NCBI GenBank assembly: GCA_963777125.1
Contig: CAVZPN010000003.1
Location: 32,503-96,502, forward strand
Length of the DNA: 64,000 bases
DNA from: an uncultured archaeon
Lineage (GTDB): Archaea; Nanobdellota; Nanobdellia; Woesearchaeales; UBA9642
Direction: 5' to 3'
Position numbers and translations under genes: made by a program. Below the pieces are notes generated by a model that worked only from the letters and a program-made list of their open reading frames with translations, did not search any database and was not told the origin of the DNA. Below are positions 52,543 through 63,400 of the stretch, one piece after another. Position 1 is the stretch's first letter; each line of letters opens with the position of its first letter.

Positions 52543-55500
52543 CTAAGGCGCTTGCGCATCAAATATTACATGACCATTGCAAATTCTATTAATCGAACCA
52601 GGATTTGGCGAAATCTGCCAATAAGTAGTATTAAAAATTAATGTGCTATTTTGTTGTTTATTTATAATAAAATTTAGTGGTTGAATAGAACCATTCATCG
52701 GAGTTTTTTGATTAAAATTAGCAGTATTATTTGATGAAAATCTAATAGCATCAATACTAATATTAGTATTATCACTACAAGTCATTGCAGTATTATCTCC
52801 AATCATTAAAGCATATCCTTGAAGAGTAACATTTACAGGCATATTACCTAAATTAGTAATATTAACAGTAACATTAGCAGAAGATACATTTGATTGAACA
52901 TCACCAAAAAGTATACCATCGGTAAGATTTATCGCATACAAAGGATTAATTGTTGTACTATTAACAGCAAAAACAGACGCAGATTGATTATTGTAAGCAG
53001 TAGCATTACAAATCCAAGTACCATTATTAGCATAATATTGTACATTAAAATTACAAGAAAATATTTTATTAGTCAAATTAGTTTGATTTAAATCACATGA
53101 CGTATCAGTATAATGCACTAAATTATTATCTGATTGTGAAGAAGTATTAAGATAATAATAAAATGTTGCATTAGCGCTTGCAATATTATCTATACCTAAA
53201 GAATCAGACACACTAACATAACAATTTACTGTATGAGTAGTTCCTGCAGACAATATAATCTCACCATCAGACATAAATACATAATCTATAACTGGAGGTT
53301 CAGTATTATTTTCTGCAGCATAATACGAAGTAAAATGAGATGCATTAAATACTAACGTTCCAGAGGTAATATTATAATCAAGAATGGAGCAATCAGTACA
53401 TGTGGAATTATCCATCATAATCAAAGGATTAGAAAACAACAAGCCATATAATGTTAATCTAGCAGATCTATTTAATCCGATAGCAGAAGAAGAATTAATG
53501 GAAATATTATTATAAGATATATTAACATTTCTTGAAAAATTACTTCCAGTACCATTAACAGGATTTAAAAAATTAATTTCACCATAATTAGAATTTTTAA
53601 CATTAACTAAACCTCCAACACCAATAAAAGTATAATTTTCCAAATATTGATCAACAAAAGAAGTTTCATTTATTCCTGCTGAAATATTAATATCATAATG
53701 AGCATAATCTTTATTAATCATTGAATTATTTTTAACAGTAGTGTTTCTTACTCCTAAAGCCAAAATAATTCTATCTGCATTGATAATATTTAATAGATTA
53801 GAATCGATAGTTGTTAAATTTACAGGCAAAATTGCAGTTCCCAAAAGATAAATACCATGATTATTATTGGTTGCACCAGTAATAATATTATTTTCTAAAA
53901 TACTTGTATTTGTAACTAAATTTAGAAGATGAATACCATAACATAGACTAGAAGCCGTAGAACATTTAGTTTCCAAAGTATTAGCATACAAGATATTTCC
54001 TCTTACAGGAGCACCGGTAGCACCATTTAAATATATACCATAATTAGTACTTGTACCATTAGTAATAATATCATTACCTGAAACATTATTAAAACTAGCA
54101 TTAGTAAAAAGATACACACCATAATTACCAGTAGTACCATTAGTACGAATAGTGTTATTACAAATATTATTATTAGTTGAAGGAAAAGTTACTCCAGAAA
54201 TATAACAACCTACATTAGTTGTAATGCCCTTAGTACTAATATTATTATTTGTAATATTATTGAAATTAGCATTAGTCAAAAGATATACGCCGTGATTAGC
54301 ATTATTACCAAGACCTACTGTTTGTATGTTATTAGAATCAATAATATTAAAATTAACATTCAAAAGATTATTGCCTAATAAGTATACGCCCCAGTTATTA
54401 ATTGTACCGTATGTTGAAATATTATTATGCGTAACATTATTAAAATGCGCATTTGTTGCAAGAATAATACCATAATTAGTACGAGCAGCAGCAAAACCTT
54501 TAGCATTAATAATGTTTGAATCAATAGTGTTATTATCTACGTAAAGATTAGTAGTACCTGCAAGATAAATGCCGTGATTAGTGGTTGTACCATTGGTATC
54601 AATGATATTGTTTGATATAATATTATTACTTACATTTCTATACAAGTAAATACCATAATTTGAACCTGCTGTACCGGAAGTATAAATATTATTAAAAGAG
54701 AAAAGATTATATCTACAAACATAAGTTGAGCCAGCAATATATACACCATAATTTGTTGAACTACCAGAAGTACTAATATTATTGTTAGTGAAATTGTTAT
54801 AATTTACATTAGTTGCAAAATACACCCCATGATTACCTGTAACGTTAGCAATAGTTCTAATATTATTTGAATCAACAACATTATAATTGACGGTTAAAGC
54901 AGTTGTACCAACAAAATACACCCCCAAACTATTAATTGTACCATTAGCTACAATAGTGTTATTAAATACCTTATTGAAATTAACATTTGATGCAAAAGCT
55001 AAGCCATAAATAGTTCTCGTAGATAATGATCCAGAAGCTAGAATAACATTATTAGTAATGTTATTGTTATTTACAGGTGTACCCGCGCCTCCTCCAAAAT
55101 AAATACCATGATTAGTAGTTGTACCATTAGTTCGAATATTATTTTCCGAGATAATATTATTATTAGCATTAGTAAGAAGATACACACCATAATTTGAAGC
55201 GCCTGTTCCGAATGTTGAAATAACATTATTAAAAATAATATTATTATTTGATGCAGTTGTTGCACCAGAGATAACTATTCCGTGGCCTGTTGTAACGCCT
55301 GAAGTATTAATAGTATTATGTCTAATACTGTTATTATTACATCCTGTAAGAAGATAAATTCCGGCATTTCCATTTCCTGTACCATTAGTATATATGGTGT
55401 TATTTTCAATAATATTATTTTGTGAACTAAGCGTTAGATAAATACCATAATTATTGGTGGTTCCATTAGTATAAATAGTATTATTTACTAACGTAGAATT

Positions 55501-55989
55501 ACTAAATCTTGTTAAACTTATGCCATGCCCCGCAGTTTGAGCATTGGATGGTTTTATTAAAATACAATTTCTGACGGTTAAATTTGTTTTTGGAAGAGTT
55601 CCATTAATAGCATCAATACCTTTAAGTGTTGAACCGCCTAAAGTATTATACCTTATAGTACTACCATTACAATCAATTTCAACATTACTTACTCGAATAA
55701 ATAAACAAGTCCCACCATAAGAAATGTTATTTGTAAGAACATAATATCCTGGAGAAGTAATATTTCCACATTGAGAAATAGTTGCAGCAGAAACAAAATT
55801 AGACACTAATATTAACATAAATATAACTAGTAACAAGAAATAAATATATTTTTTATAAACAATCAAATAATTGTAATTATCACAAGTACTAGAATCATTA
55901 CAACTCTTACAAGTATAATTATTATAACTATTGCGTCTATAATTAATAACTAACATTACCCACCCTTTAACAATCAAAAAAATAGCCAA
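52543..55989 (-). CDS. Large surface protein: NosD/CASH parallel beta-helix plus C-terminal six-Cys module
   Basis: Signal peptide, CGNITSPGYYVLTNNI start, repeated NNIxTxGTxxNYGIYL turns, C-terminal module homologous to paralogs A and C; true start uncertain. Confidence 0.8.
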   Translation of the reverse strand: MAIFLIVKGWVMLVINYRRNSYNNYTCKSCNDSSTCDNYNYLIVYKKYIYFLLLVIFMLILVSNFVSAATISQCGNITSPGYYVLTNNISYGGTCLFIRVSNVEIDCNGSTIRYNTLGGSTLKGIDAINGTLPKTNLTVRNCILIKPSNAQTAGHGISLTRFSNSTLVNNTIYTNGTTNNYGIYLTLSSQNNIIENNTIYTNGTGNGNAGIYLLTGCNNNSIRHNTINTSGVTTGHGIVISGATTASNNNIIFNNVISTFGTGASNYGVYLLTNANNNIISENNIRTNGTTTNHGIYFGGGAGTPVNNNNITNNVILASGSLSTRTIYGLAFASNVNFNKVFNNTIVANGTINSLGVYFVGTTALTVNYNVVDSNNIRTIANVTGNHGVYFATNVNYNNFTNNNISTSGSSTNYGVYIAGSTYVCRYNLFSFNNIYTSGTAGSNYGIYLYRNVSNNIISNNIIDTNGTTTNHGIYLAGTTNLYVDNNTIDSNIINAKGFAAARTNYGIILATNAHFNNVTHNNISTYGTINNWGVYLLGNNLLNVNFNIIDSNNIQTVGLGNNANHGVYLLTNANFNNITNNNISTKGITTNVGCYISGVTFPSTNNNICNNTIRTNGTTGNYGVYLFTNASFNNVSGNDIITNGTSTNYGIYLNGATGAPVRGNILYANTLETKCSTASSLCYGIHLLNLVTNTSILENNIITGATNNNHGIYLLGTAILPVNLTTIDSNLLNIINADRIILALGVRNTTVKNNSMINKDYAHYDINISAGINETSFVDQYLENYTFIGVGGLVNVKNSNYGEINFLNPVNGTGSNFSRNVNISYNNISINSSSAIGLNRSARLTLYGLLFSNPLIMMDNSTCTDCSILDYNITSGTLVFNASHFTSYYAAENNTEPPVIDYVFMSDGEIILSAGTTHTVNCYVSVSDSLGIDNIASANATFYYYLNTSSQSDNNLVHYTDTSCDLNQTNLTNKIFSCNFNVQYYANNGTWICNATAYNNQSASVFAVNSTTINPLYAINLTDGILFGDVQSNVSSANVTVNITNLGNMPVNVTLQGYALMIGDNTAMTCSDNTNISIDAIRFSSNNTANFNQKTPMNGSIQPLNFIINKQQNSTLIFNTTYWQISPNPGSINRICNGHVIFDAQAP

Positions 55990-56170
55990 TATACTAAATT
56001 TAATAATTAAATAATTAAAATTAATCCATTAAAATAACAATATTAGCTAATATAAATATATATTAGAAGCTTATTTTTATATTTTCCTATAAAAGTTTAA
56101 AAAAGAATCAAAAAGAATAAAATAGCCAATAAAAATAACACAATATCTATGTATTTACAATATTGACTAA

Positions 56171-57133
56171 TTAAGATGTTTGTGCTGTAAATATTATAAC
56201 TCCAGTACAATTTCCAAACGGATTTGGTGGAACATATAAACTCCAATAAGTGGTATTAAAAGACAAACTCGAAGTATTTTGTTTTGGTATTGTTAAATTT
56301 ACCATCGGATTACCACCAAGAGTACTAGTTAATGAAGTCGTACTAGTAAGATAAGTATTAGAATCTATACCATTTGTTAGAGAATATCTTTCCCATTGAA
56401 CAGATATATTACCAACAGTACAATTCATAGCAAGACCATCATTACGACGAGTTCCGTAACCCTCAACAGAAATATTAATAGGCATATTACCTAAATTAGT
56501 AAGATTAGCCGGAACATCAAAACTATAACCTTCAACAGGAACATTACCATAATCAATACCATCAGTAACATTTAATGCATAAACAGGCAAGAATAAAGTA
56601 GTATTCGTCAGCGAAGATGACTTATTATAAGTATCCATAACACTAACATTACAAGTCCATGTACCATTATTGGAATAATACCAAACATCAAACGAACAAA
56701 CATAAATACCATAAACATCAGGAGTACCTGTAGTATTCAAAGTACATGAAGAGTTAGTATAATGACTGTTATTATTATCTGCAGCATCATAACTTGAAGA
56801 ACTATGCCATAAAGTACCATTAGCGTAAATAATATCATTAAAACCATTCCAATCACGAACACTCGCATTACATAAAACAGTCTTCAAATATCCGGCAGAG
56901 ACAGTAACATTACGATAAGAATAATTTAAAGACTCATAAACAGTAAGATTCAAAATCTCAGGCCTAGCATTAGTAATATTAGCATGAGTCGTAACAGTAA
57001 CATTCTTATGATTAGAACCAATACCATTGACAGCAAAACTCAATTGTGACATAATCAATGAAATTAAAAAAGATACAGAAATCACTAATGCTACCGCAAG
57101 AACACCACTAATTATCTTGGAGTTACGATTCAT
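56171..57133 (-). CDS. Secreted surface protein with six-Cys module (paralog C)
   Basis: Signal peptide; THANITNARPEILN, YYSNNGTWTCN, NCTGVIIFTA. Confidence 0.8.
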   Translation of the reverse strand: MNRNSKIISGVLAVALVISVSFLISLIMSQLSFAVNGIGSNHKNVTVTTHANITNARPEILNLTVYESLNYSYRNVTVSAGYLKTVLCNASVRDWNGFNDIIYANGTLWHSSSSYDAADNNNSHYTNSSCTLNTTGTPDVYGIYVCSFDVWYYSNNGTWTCNVSVMDTYNKSSSLTNTTLFLPVYALNVTDGIDYGNVPVEGYSFDVPANLTNLGNMPINISVEGYGTRRNDGLAMNCTVGNISVQWERYSLTNGIDSNTYLTSTTSLTSTLGGNPMVNLTIPKQNTSSLSFNTTYWSLYVPPNPFGNCTGVIIFTAQTS

Positions 57134-57471
57134 TTTTTAGTCCATTTAACATGTAATATGCTCTAAGGCATCATTAGTAAATAATATAACATTCAATTTA
57201 CATCAAAGCTAAATCGATGTATAAAATACACTATTAATATACTAATAAGTATACCCATATATAAATATTTCGTTTTAATACCTGCAATATACACAAATTC
57301 GCGGCTCAAAACTAACTCCGCCTAAAAGTAATAAAGCACAACATCATCTATATGCGGCAGTAAATACTATTTTAAGAAAATATCATTGAATATTATAGAT
57401 TATTATCTAAATACCATTTTAGCACACCTATTTTAAGATTAAACACAGTTTCTTCAAAGTCACACAGACCC

Positions 57472-57615
57472 GGCTCCTTTCAAAATCTCACTACGTTCGA
57501 CTTTTTGACCACACCCACATAGAATATTTTAAAGATTATTTTCCGATTTATCTATACTCGTAATAATTAATTTAAGGTTCGCTAGGTGGTCACAAAAGAC
57601 TTTTTGAAAGGAGCC
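57472..57615. repeat. REP/MITE-like palindromic element C
   Basis: Perfect 14-bp TIR GGCTCCTTTCAAAA/TTTTGAAAGGAGCC; inner TGACCAC/GTGGTCA stem; CTCACTACGTTCG motif. Confidence 0.75.
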
Positions 57616-57678
57616 CAAACAGACCATAACATTTATATATTAATTAGCTAAGAATAAACAGGTAGGGTGATTTAGTTA

Positions 57679-59439
57679 ATGATTAGTGGCAAAGTAGCCT
57701 TTAAAACGATAAATAAGATAACGTTATACTTATTTTTAGTAGTTATTATAATTATATCATCAACAAATGTAATAGGCGTAGAAAAAGTAATATCAAATTC
57801 GGCCGATTGGCGTGACGTATACTCAATGATGTTGTATTCTAGTTTAATAGGTAAACAACCAGGAGCATTTTTAACAAGCACAAAACATGGAACTACATTA
57901 CTATATTCTATACCTAAAACGGCCAACGGAACATTAGTAGTATCTTCAAGATCACAACCATACACCATAAATTATAAATCAGTAATGGAATCTCAAGGAT
58001 ATATTAATGTCGAAGAAATAATTACAAATACTGCAAATTTAGATCTTGCAAAAAGATTAGCAAAAGAAAATAATATTAAAAAATTCATAATAGTAGATGA
58101 TGCATACGGATATAACGCATTATCAGCAGCATCATATGCTGTTGTCGATAAATATTACGTATTATTTGTAAATGAACGTAACATTGGATCAATAGATACA
58201 TTCTTAACAGGAGTAAATCCTCAAAAAATAATAATATTTGGTCAAGTAGATGAAACAATCAAAACCAGATTACAAAAATATAACCCTGAAACAATAAATA
58301 AGGGAGATAGATTCGATAATAATATTGAAATGGTAAAAAAATACATAGAAGTAAAACCTGCTAAACAAGTATTAATGAGTAACGGAGAATTTATTGAAGC
58401 AAGTATAATGTCGGGAGATAATCCAGTATTATTTATTGGTAAAGGAACAGTTCCTACACAAGTAAAAGATTATATTAAAAGTACAGACATACAAGTAGCA
58501 GTATTAATAGGAAATGAACTAATAAATTCTGCAACTTCAATAAGAAGAGAATTAGGAATAAGCGTATTCGTAAAGTTTGCTCAAGGATCAAGAACACCAA
58601 GTGGACCAATAGCAACAGTTGAAGATTTAGATAAATTCCCTATGCCTACATACGGAGTAAAATTAGAAATATATTCTATAATGTATAATAAAGCAACAAA
58701 TGCGTTATGGGTAACATACAGAAATACTGCAGGAATTGGAGCATATTTAAAAGGTACAATAACATTAATAGCAGGTACTGAACGTAAAGTTGTTGGAGAT
58801 AACGAACCAATATTTATTGATAAAAATCAATATAAAACAATCACATATGATGTGGTTTTAGAAGGTAGTGACTTATCAGCCACTATTTACACATTATTTG
58901 GTGAAGGTAAAAAGTCATTAGAAAACGTATTAGAAGCACAATTAAAAATTGAAAGTGTAGAAATACTCGATAATTCTAAAATAAATATCACAAATATAGT
59001 ATATGATAAAAACAATAATAAATTTATCATAACAGTTGAAAATATTGGAACAGTCGATAGTTATGTAAGTATAGAAGCAATAGATCTATTCATTAATGGC
59101 GAATATGTAACCGTATCATCTCCAAAAGCAGTATTAATAAAAGTTGGTAAAAAAGCAAATATCCCATTAGAAGTATTATTAAGCGACGCAGATGTTGAAA
59201 ATAATCCTATAATAAAAATAAAAGGATATTACGGTGAAAGAGAAAATAGCTTAATAAAAAGCACATATGGGGAATATGAATTTAAATTCAAGAGTATTGA
59301 CTATGTAACATATGGTTTGATATTATTAATAATAATACTACTACTATTAATCATCTTTGGAAGAAAGAAATGTCCTAACTGTAAACACAAGAACCCTAGA
59401 TTTAGAAAAACATGTAAGAAATGTGGACAAAAATTGTAA
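57679..59439 (+). CDS. Membrane-anchored surface protein with CWB2-like repeats, Ig-like domains and cytoplasmic Zn ribbon
   Basis: Signal peptide; YNALSAASYA..YVLFV..IIIFG..INKGDRFDNN resembles cell-wall-binding repeat 2; TM; CPNC..CKKC tail. Confidence 0.65.
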   Translation: MISGKVAFKTINKITLYLFLVVIIIISSTNVIGVEKVISNSADWRDVYSMMLYSSLIGKQPGAFLTSTKHGTTLLYSIPKTANGTLVVSSRSQPYTINYKSVMESQGYINVEEIITNTANLDLAKRLAKENNIKKFIIVDDAYGYNALSAASYAVVDKYYVLFVNERNIGSIDTFLTGVNPQKIIIFGQVDETIKTRLQKYNPETINKGDRFDNNIEMVKKYIEVKPAKQVLMSNGEFIEASIMSGDNPVLFIGKGTVPTQVKDYIKSTDIQVAVLIGNELINSATSIRRELGISVFVKFAQGSRTPSGPIATVEDLDKFPMPTYGVKLEIYSIMYNKATNALWVTYRNTAGIGAYLKGTITLIAGTERKVVGDNEPIFIDKNQYKTITYDVVLEGSDLSATIYTLFGEGKKSLENVLEAQLKIESVEILDNSKINITNIVYDKNNNKFIITVENIGTVDSYVSIEAIDLFINGEYVTVSSPKAVLIKVGKKANIPLEVLLSDADVENNPIIKIKGYYGERENSLIKSTYGEYEFKFKSIDYVTYGLILLIIILLLLIIFGRKKCPNCKHKNPRFRKTCKKCGQKL

Positions 59440-59509
59440 ATAGTAGTCACGTGTTAAGGATTAAGAGTATAAAATATTTTTCTTATAATTTTATGATTTA
59501 ATTGATTAG

Positions 59510-60265
59510 GTGAAAAAAGAAAAACTACCAACAATTATGCATTGTGGACCATTACACGCAGATAAGACACCAATGGCATCTACACAAAGCAGAATAGATA
59601 AAACAGTAGAATTATACAAAATAAAACTTAGTGGACCAATAATATATAGTTCAGCAGGTAATTATTTAGGAATCACATCCAAAAATGGGTGGGAAGAAAT
59701 GATTAGATTAATTCCAGATTCCGAATTTAATTTTATTAAACATATGAAAAAGATCCTCATAAATAGAGGCATTAAATAAAAAATCCAATCGGAGCAGAGC
59801 TCCGAGGTATTTTTTAACCTCAAACTGTGTTTCAAATCGCAGCAGAGCTGCAGGGTATGAACCCAGTTCGAGGAATCAAAAGATATGCTAACAATTAATT
59901 TAGGCCTCGAAACTGTAGGAGAGATATATTTTATATCAGAAAAAATAATAAAACCCAATAATTTCAAAAAAATTCGCGTTATAACTAGTGCGTTTCATAT
60001 GGATAGATGTTTAGAAATATATCATAAAATTTTGGGTAATACCCTAAAGATTATACCAGTAAGAACTTACTCAGCACTAGACACAGACAAAAAATTAAAT
60101 AGGTTAGTTAAAAAAAGAGAAAAAGCATCATTAAATATTTTTAGAGAACAATTTAAAGAAGTCAAACCAAAGGACATGATACATTTTGAAAAAATATTAT
60201 ACACCAAACACAAACTTTATTCTACACTACCAGAATCAGAAAAAATACGTTTTCACAAAGATTAA
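59510..60265 (+). pseudogene. DUF218 (YdcF/ElyC/SanA) gene interrupted by an in-frame ~99-nt insertion
   Basis: RIDKTVELY, IIYSS in the 5' part; ETVGEIYF, VITSAFHMDR in the 3' part. Both parts are in the same frame; the insertion carries TAA and TGA. Confidence 0.75.
59787..59858. repeat. Two 24-nt hairpin units with 48-nt period
   Basis: AATCGGAGCAGAGCTCCGAGGTAT and AATCGCAGCAGAGCTGCAGGGTAT. Confidence 0.85.
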
Positions 60266-60416
60266 GAGAACTTTGCAAAATTCGCTTCGCGTGATTGCCG
60301 GTTCGCATTCGATTTACATATCTGAAGAAAGCTCCTCTATTGGAATTTCCGTCGCTTTTCAACTAAATACTTTTTGATGCTCACGAATAGGCAATCAGCA
60401 TTTATGCAAAATTCTC
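60266..60416. repeat. REP/MITE-like palindromic element B
   Basis: 12-bp TIR with one mismatch (GAGAACTTTGCA/TGCAAAATTCTC); inner TGATTGCC/GGCAATCA stem; TTCGCTTCGC shared with element A. Confidence 0.75.
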
Positions 60417-60475
60417 GCAACAATTAACAAAAAATAGGATAATCAATAATACTAATATATAAAATATGACATCAA

Positions 60476-63400
60476 TTAAGATAACTTCGACTCTAAATGT
60501 TTTCTAGAATTATTAATATAATTAATAAATTTCAATTCTGAATCTTTATAATCATCATCCATATATTGTAGTGCAGAATATAATTTTTTAGATACTTTAG
60601 TAATTATATTAATATCATTTTTTAACGAAACATAATCTCTACTAATTAAATGTTGTCTAGATAAAAATATAGCTCTATAAACAATTAATTTGGAATGAAG
60701 ATGGTCGAGCATCATTAATAATTCCTCTTTTTCCAATCTAGTATATGGATCAAAATTATAACTAGCTAAACAAAGATTATAAATAGTTCTAGCATTCTCA
60801 TAATCAAAGCTATTTATCCGAGTATTTGCTTGATCCAATTTAGAATGTATGTTAAAATTTTTTAAATCAATACGAGTTCTAGGCACATTAACATTAATTT
60901 TATCTTTCAAATTATTAGTTGTAACTGCATTATTGGAAACATTAATGGATGTAACAACAGGAGCAAGAGACACATCTGATACCATCTTAGTATTAACTGA
61001 GGATAATTTTTTTAAAGAAAGTTTGGAAAATATTTTTGATGTTAAAGATTTTCTTTTAGATAAAACTGACGTATTAGATAAAATATTAGAACTAGATAAA
61101 GAGCCATTAGATGAAGAAATAGATAATCCTGACGATAAACCTGATTTCTTAGAAATTATTTTATGATCTTTTAACCTAGCATTATTTCTTTTTTTCTCAA
61201 CACCATCTAATGCAACATAATATGTGGATAATGCGAGTATTAATCCAACACCTAAAATTATTGCCCACTGTATTGTTGAAAGAGAACTTAAATTTATATT
61301 TTCAACATTAGTGGAGATAAAACCAGTCAACATATTTGTATTATCTGAAGCAACTTCATCAGGTATAGTTTGAGTAACTTTAAAATTAGGAGTATATAAA
61401 ACCACAGTTTTAGTGGCTTTTGCAGCATACATTTCAGCATTATTATTAATCATATAATAAATTGTTTGTTTATTAAAAATAGCATTATCCCATTTTAAAA
61501 CAGGATCGTCATTCACAATAATAGGTGTTTTTTGATTATCTATATCAAATAATATGTCTGATGCTTTTCTTTCAAAACTCTTAGGAATAATTTCTACTAT
61601 AGATACATTATTTAATTCACTAGCACTACTAACAGTTTTTTTTACTAAAGTATATTTATCATAATCATCTTTACCGAGATATCTAATCTTAAATATGAAA
61701 ATATCAGTGTTGACTACAATCCCATCTTGTAATTTATTATTTGCATCCGAATAATTATTCAATACGGACTTAGATAAATTTATTTTTACTAACTCAGTTA
61801 TTGCAGAACTAACGTCAGATTCTTGTGTAACTTGATTGTATGAAGATTGTTCACTAACAATTATATCTTCAACAACAAGAGATTTAGCTTTTAATGCATC
61901 CATTCTAAATTTGTTTAATTTAACATCAAGTTCTGAAGAAGGCACATTTTCATTTTTTAAATTATTAACTTCTGTTATTAAATTTTCAATAGTAGTTTTA
62001 GCAGAATTAACTTTTTCAGATAATCCTAGTATTGCAATTATCTTTAATTTTGTCGGATCATTAATTTTATTAAGTTCCGATTTTGCAGCAGCAATATCTA
62101 ATAATTGTTTATTAAAATCAGTTACTAATTGATTAATCTTTAAAATAAGTGCAGGATCACTAATCTGTTGTGCAGTATTATCACTAACAACATTAGAATT
62201 AGAATCCGAATTAGAACTAACAACATCGTTAGAAACAGCTTGTACCATTTCAGATAGCGCGCCAGTATTATATGCCTCATCCATTGCTGCAACACGATAA
62301 TAATAAGTAATACCTTCAATCAAATCCCTATCAATATATTGCATAGAAGAAGAATTATCATAATAATCCACATAAGTTGGATCCCCCTCCGTAGACCTAT
62401 AAATAAGATATTTTTTTATATTCTCATTATCAAAATACCATTTCAATTTTATATTTCCATCGAGTTGAGCAGTAGCACTAATACTACTAGGAGCCACAGG
62501 TTTTGTAGTATCAGTTAAAAATAATTCACCACTAGAAATAATATTTCCAGTATTACCATCATAATCTGTTGCTGAATAATGGAATGTTCCAATACGATCA
62601 GGAGTATTATCCTCTATTATAAGATATCCTTTCCAATCAGTACCCGAACCTGTGAGTGTAACATATCTTAGAGTAGCATCAGTATTAAAATTATAACTAA
62701 GCGTTGGCGCATTAATAACAGCTTTACTAGTCTTTAATTTCACTTCATAAATACCTGCTTTTAATGGTGAAGATTTACTTAAAGTTATAGATGCTAAAGG
62801 TTTTGTTAAAATAGTAAAAGAAATTGTTTCAGTATTTGAAGTGAGAGTATTATTGCTATTGCATTTAATATAATAAGTATATGCGCCATTAGCTAAATTA
62901 TTTATCGTAGTAGAATGAACAGTGTTACCTGTATGATCAAATACTGAACTCATTAATACATAAGATTTATCTTGTAAATCATATTTACAAATAGATGCTA
63001 TACTAGTTACAATATTAAAAGTTATATTATTATATTCATTAAAAATATGAGATTTAGCAGTAATAACAGGGCTAACTGTATCTACAATAAATGATACGGA
63101 AGCATTAACAGTATCATAAATATTGGAACAATTCACAAAAAGAGAATAATTACCGTCTTGCGTAAGTACTAAGTTAGTATAGAATTCTGTATTATTTCCA
63201 GTTAAAACATCATTTAAAACATATGAACGCACAGAATTATTAACAATAAATAAATTATATGAACAACTATCCGCATAAGTAGAAACAATTACACTAATAG
63301 GAATATTACGTTCAGAATATATTCTAGAAGTTGGATTAACTAAACTTAATAACATAGGAACATCTAATACCTCTATTGATTGATCGACTGAAACATTAGT

